A stretch of 8,613 nt of DNA, from the IMG/VR virus record IMGVR_UViG_2563366802_000009; one strand, written 5' to 3'. A program made the translations under genes and the position numbers. The notes below the pieces were generated by a model that made no database searches, was not told the DNA's origin, and was given only the letters and a program-made list of their open reading frames with translations. The stretch comes from a virus. Its lineage: Duplodnaviria > Heunggongvirae > Uroviricota > Caudoviricetes. This document shows positions 6,669 through 8,613 of the stretch, in pieces (within the stretch, counting starts at the first letter, position 1; every line of letters begins with the position of its first letter).

Positions 6669-6984
6669 AGTGAGACTCTATACGAAATTGGTGTTCATAT
6701 CATAATGCATCTCAGAAAATAATTTTGATTATTTTTGTGCATATTTGTATGTACACGTTCGAAAATAAACGAATGCGTATGCAACCCCGTAATTTTGGTG
6801 AGACCCAAAATCGATTTTGTGAAAAATGGCTTTAACTCGGTTTGTTTTTCGAGTTCCGGGCGGACTCAAGGAAGAAGAATAGTGTTGCGTGTTATTTTAA
6901 CCAGATTTCAAGTTGTTTGGTCGTGGAAAAGTGGAGCAAAATGTTGTTAAAGTGGAAAAATGATAAAAAAGTAAGTTTATTATA

Positions 6985-7218
6985 TTACATTTTACCATTT
7001 AAATTTTGGTTGTCTTTAAGAACTGATATCGCTGTTTGTAATAATTCTTTGTTATCCAGCCATGATTTTTTCTTTATGTTTCCTTCAATGTAATCAAGCA
7101 ATGTTCTGGTATTGATAGGTCTTCCCTGTTTTGCTACTTCCACTACAGCATCCGCTAGGATAATTCTTACTTCAGGAAGCTGCGCAGGGAACCACTTTAG
7201 GGTGTCTTTTGATTTCAT
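6985..7218 (-). CDS. ynaE: YnaE/YdfK-family prophage cold-shock-induced protein (77 aa)
   Basis: MKSKDTLKWFPAQLPEVRIILADAVVEVAKQGRPINTRTLLDYIEGNIKKKSWLDNKELLQTAISVLKDNQNLNGKM matches E. coli YnaE/YdfK from memory. Start placed at ATG 7218 (AAGGAA 7 nt upstream) rather than the track's ATG at 7251, which would add 11 residues. Confidence 0.8.
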   Translation of the reverse strand: MKSKDTLKWFPAQLPEVRIILADAVVEVAKQGRPINTRTLLDYIEGNIKKKSWLDNKELLQTAISVLKDNQNLNGKM

Positions 7219-7450
7219 GAAGATATTCCTTAAAATATTATTGATTTTCATTGCGATATTGTATGTCTGATTCAGGATATGTTGACTTATACATCGGTTT
7301 TGTCTGGGTTATTGGATATGCCAATCCCTAATTTTATTAGGGCATGACTAAAAATGCTGAATATGATAAGGAGAGATGTGATTATCAGTATGCTGTTCAT
7401 ATAACCTCGAATTAGTAATGTGTTATATATGATATAGTTGACAATTTTTA
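7219..7450 (-). promoter_or_regulatory. Probable promoter and long 5' leader of ynaE (very AT-rich)
   Basis: No ORF here; composition is strongly AT-rich with TTGACA/TTGTCA and TATA-like hexamers. Long leaders are known for cold-shock genes. No individual -35/-10 pair could be assigned. Confidence 0.3.
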
Positions 7451-7790
7451 TCTTGGGTGTTCTTAAAGTTCGTAGATAAACATTGTCGTTTCAGGTATAC
7501 AGGAATGCTAACAGGTGGCAGCAAAAATCAGGCGGTTTATGGCGCAAGCTGAAGCGGCAACTGCAAACTATCTTATGCAGAGACTCTACACGGATTGGGT
7601 TTAAAAGTATACATAGATAACAGTTTTTATCTGAAGAAGAAAAATATCAAGGTGATATAGCCTATATGCCTATGATGCGGAGGAATGAATGTGATGGGAG
7701 TGATGTATCTGAATAGTTGAAAAACCGCAGTCACGTCGTATGCAAGAACGTGCTGCGGTTGGTTTGACTTTGATTGAGACGTTTTGGAAT

Positions 7791-7850
7791 TTTTTTTTGT
7801 GGCAAAAATGGGGCAAAACGCTGCAAAAGGGGCAAAAAAGGGGCAAAAAA
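7791..7850. repeat. T9 tract followed by five helically phased G(G)GCAAAA(A) A-tract repeats (predicted intrinsically curved DNA)
   Basis: TTTTTTTTT at 7791..7799, then GCAAAA beginning at 7802, 7813, 7823, 7832 and 7843 (spacings 11, 10, 9, 11 bp). Confidence 0.7.
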
Positions 7851-8140
7851 AGAGTGGATTATCGTAGTTTATTGTTCTCGCTGATGATGTTTAACACATT
7901 GAAAAATAAGTAAAACACTTATGAGTCAGATAGTTGTGATTTTTGCCCTTACTTGTTCAGGTTGTATTGTTCTTTCTTACTAATTTCTTGATTTTGCGAC
8001 ATTTAAAAGCGACTCAATTCGTTATATGGCATCAGAAGAGTATGCGTCATGCCGGAACGCCCAGCATAAGAAATCTGATATAAAAAACTGTGGCGTGTAT
8101 GGTACGGATTAGAGGGGAAAATGTCAGCACATTTGCGAAA

Positions 8141-8171
8141 TGAATCAAAAAGCCCGCAGCAATGTGCGGGC
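8141..8171 (-). terminator. Rho-independent terminator of uspF
   Basis: On the minus strand GCCCGCA-CATTGC-TGCGGGC followed by TTTTTGATT, starting 8 bp after the uspF stop. Confidence 0.6.
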
Positions 8172-8178
8172 GTTAGTG

Positions 8179-8613
<435 letters not shown>

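Noticed and set aside
5850-6700. Gin/Hin-type crossover site (gix/pix-like 26 bp palindrome) flanking pin
   Set aside because: Nothing resembling the TTATCCAAAACC..GGTTTACAGGAA-type site was found by eye. The Pin here looks more resolvase-like and its target sites are unknown.
6735-7093. Plus-strand ORFs 6735..6950 and 6842..7093 between pin and ynaE
   Set aside because: They lie in the AT-rich pin/ynaE regulatory region, and the second overlaps ynaE antisense. No ribosome-binding sites; one product is Cys-rich and the other Phe/Leu-rich low-complexity.
7791-7850. Possible CRISPR array or replication iterons
   Set aside because: The units are only ~10 bp with no unique spacers, so this is not a CRISPR array. 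Iterons are usually ~19-22 bp and accompany a rep gene, which is absent here. Phased A-tract curvature is the simpler explanation.
7740-7913. 57-codon ORF starting MQERAAVGLTLIETFWNFF... that runs through the A-tract array
   Set aside because: No Shine-Dalgarno sequence, and its Lys-rich middle is simply the translation of the GGCAAAA repeats. More likely a structural DNA element than a gene, though this is untested.
7250-8140. Displaced ttcA fragment (ttcC) or tRNA gene marking the attachment site
   Set aside because: No TtcA-like peptide was seen in the frames translated by eye, and no tRNA T-loop/acceptor pattern was found. Recall of the TtcA sequence is imperfect, so this is left as an open check rather than a feature.

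Overview
This window reads as the right (tail-fibre) arm of a defective Rac-like lambdoid prophage of Escherichia coli or a close relative, ending at the chromosomal gene uspF. Left to right: the end of an IS66-family insertion sequence (tnpC partial, tnpB, tnpA, all minus strand) sitting 78 bp upstream of lom; lom bracketed by two hairpin terminators; a mosaic side tail fibre gene (stf) with a lambda-like N-terminus, an Ala/Ser/Thr-rich repeat shaft and a low-GC C-terminal module; then three small, well-initiated genes where the tail fibre assembly gene tfa should be (93 aa acidic protein, 234 aa mini-fibre with a peptidase S74-like chaperone domain, 97 aa membrane protein); a 40-codon 3' remnant of tfa; a convergent serine recombinase (pin); a ynaE/ydfK-type cold-shock gene; a ~920 bp AT-rich non-coding stretch carrying five helically phased A-tract repeats; and uspF with its terminator. 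The best candidate for something undescribed is the three-gene cassette at 4551..5850 together with the stf C-terminal module. All identifications rest on recalled protein similarity and signals visible in the sequence; no database search was run.
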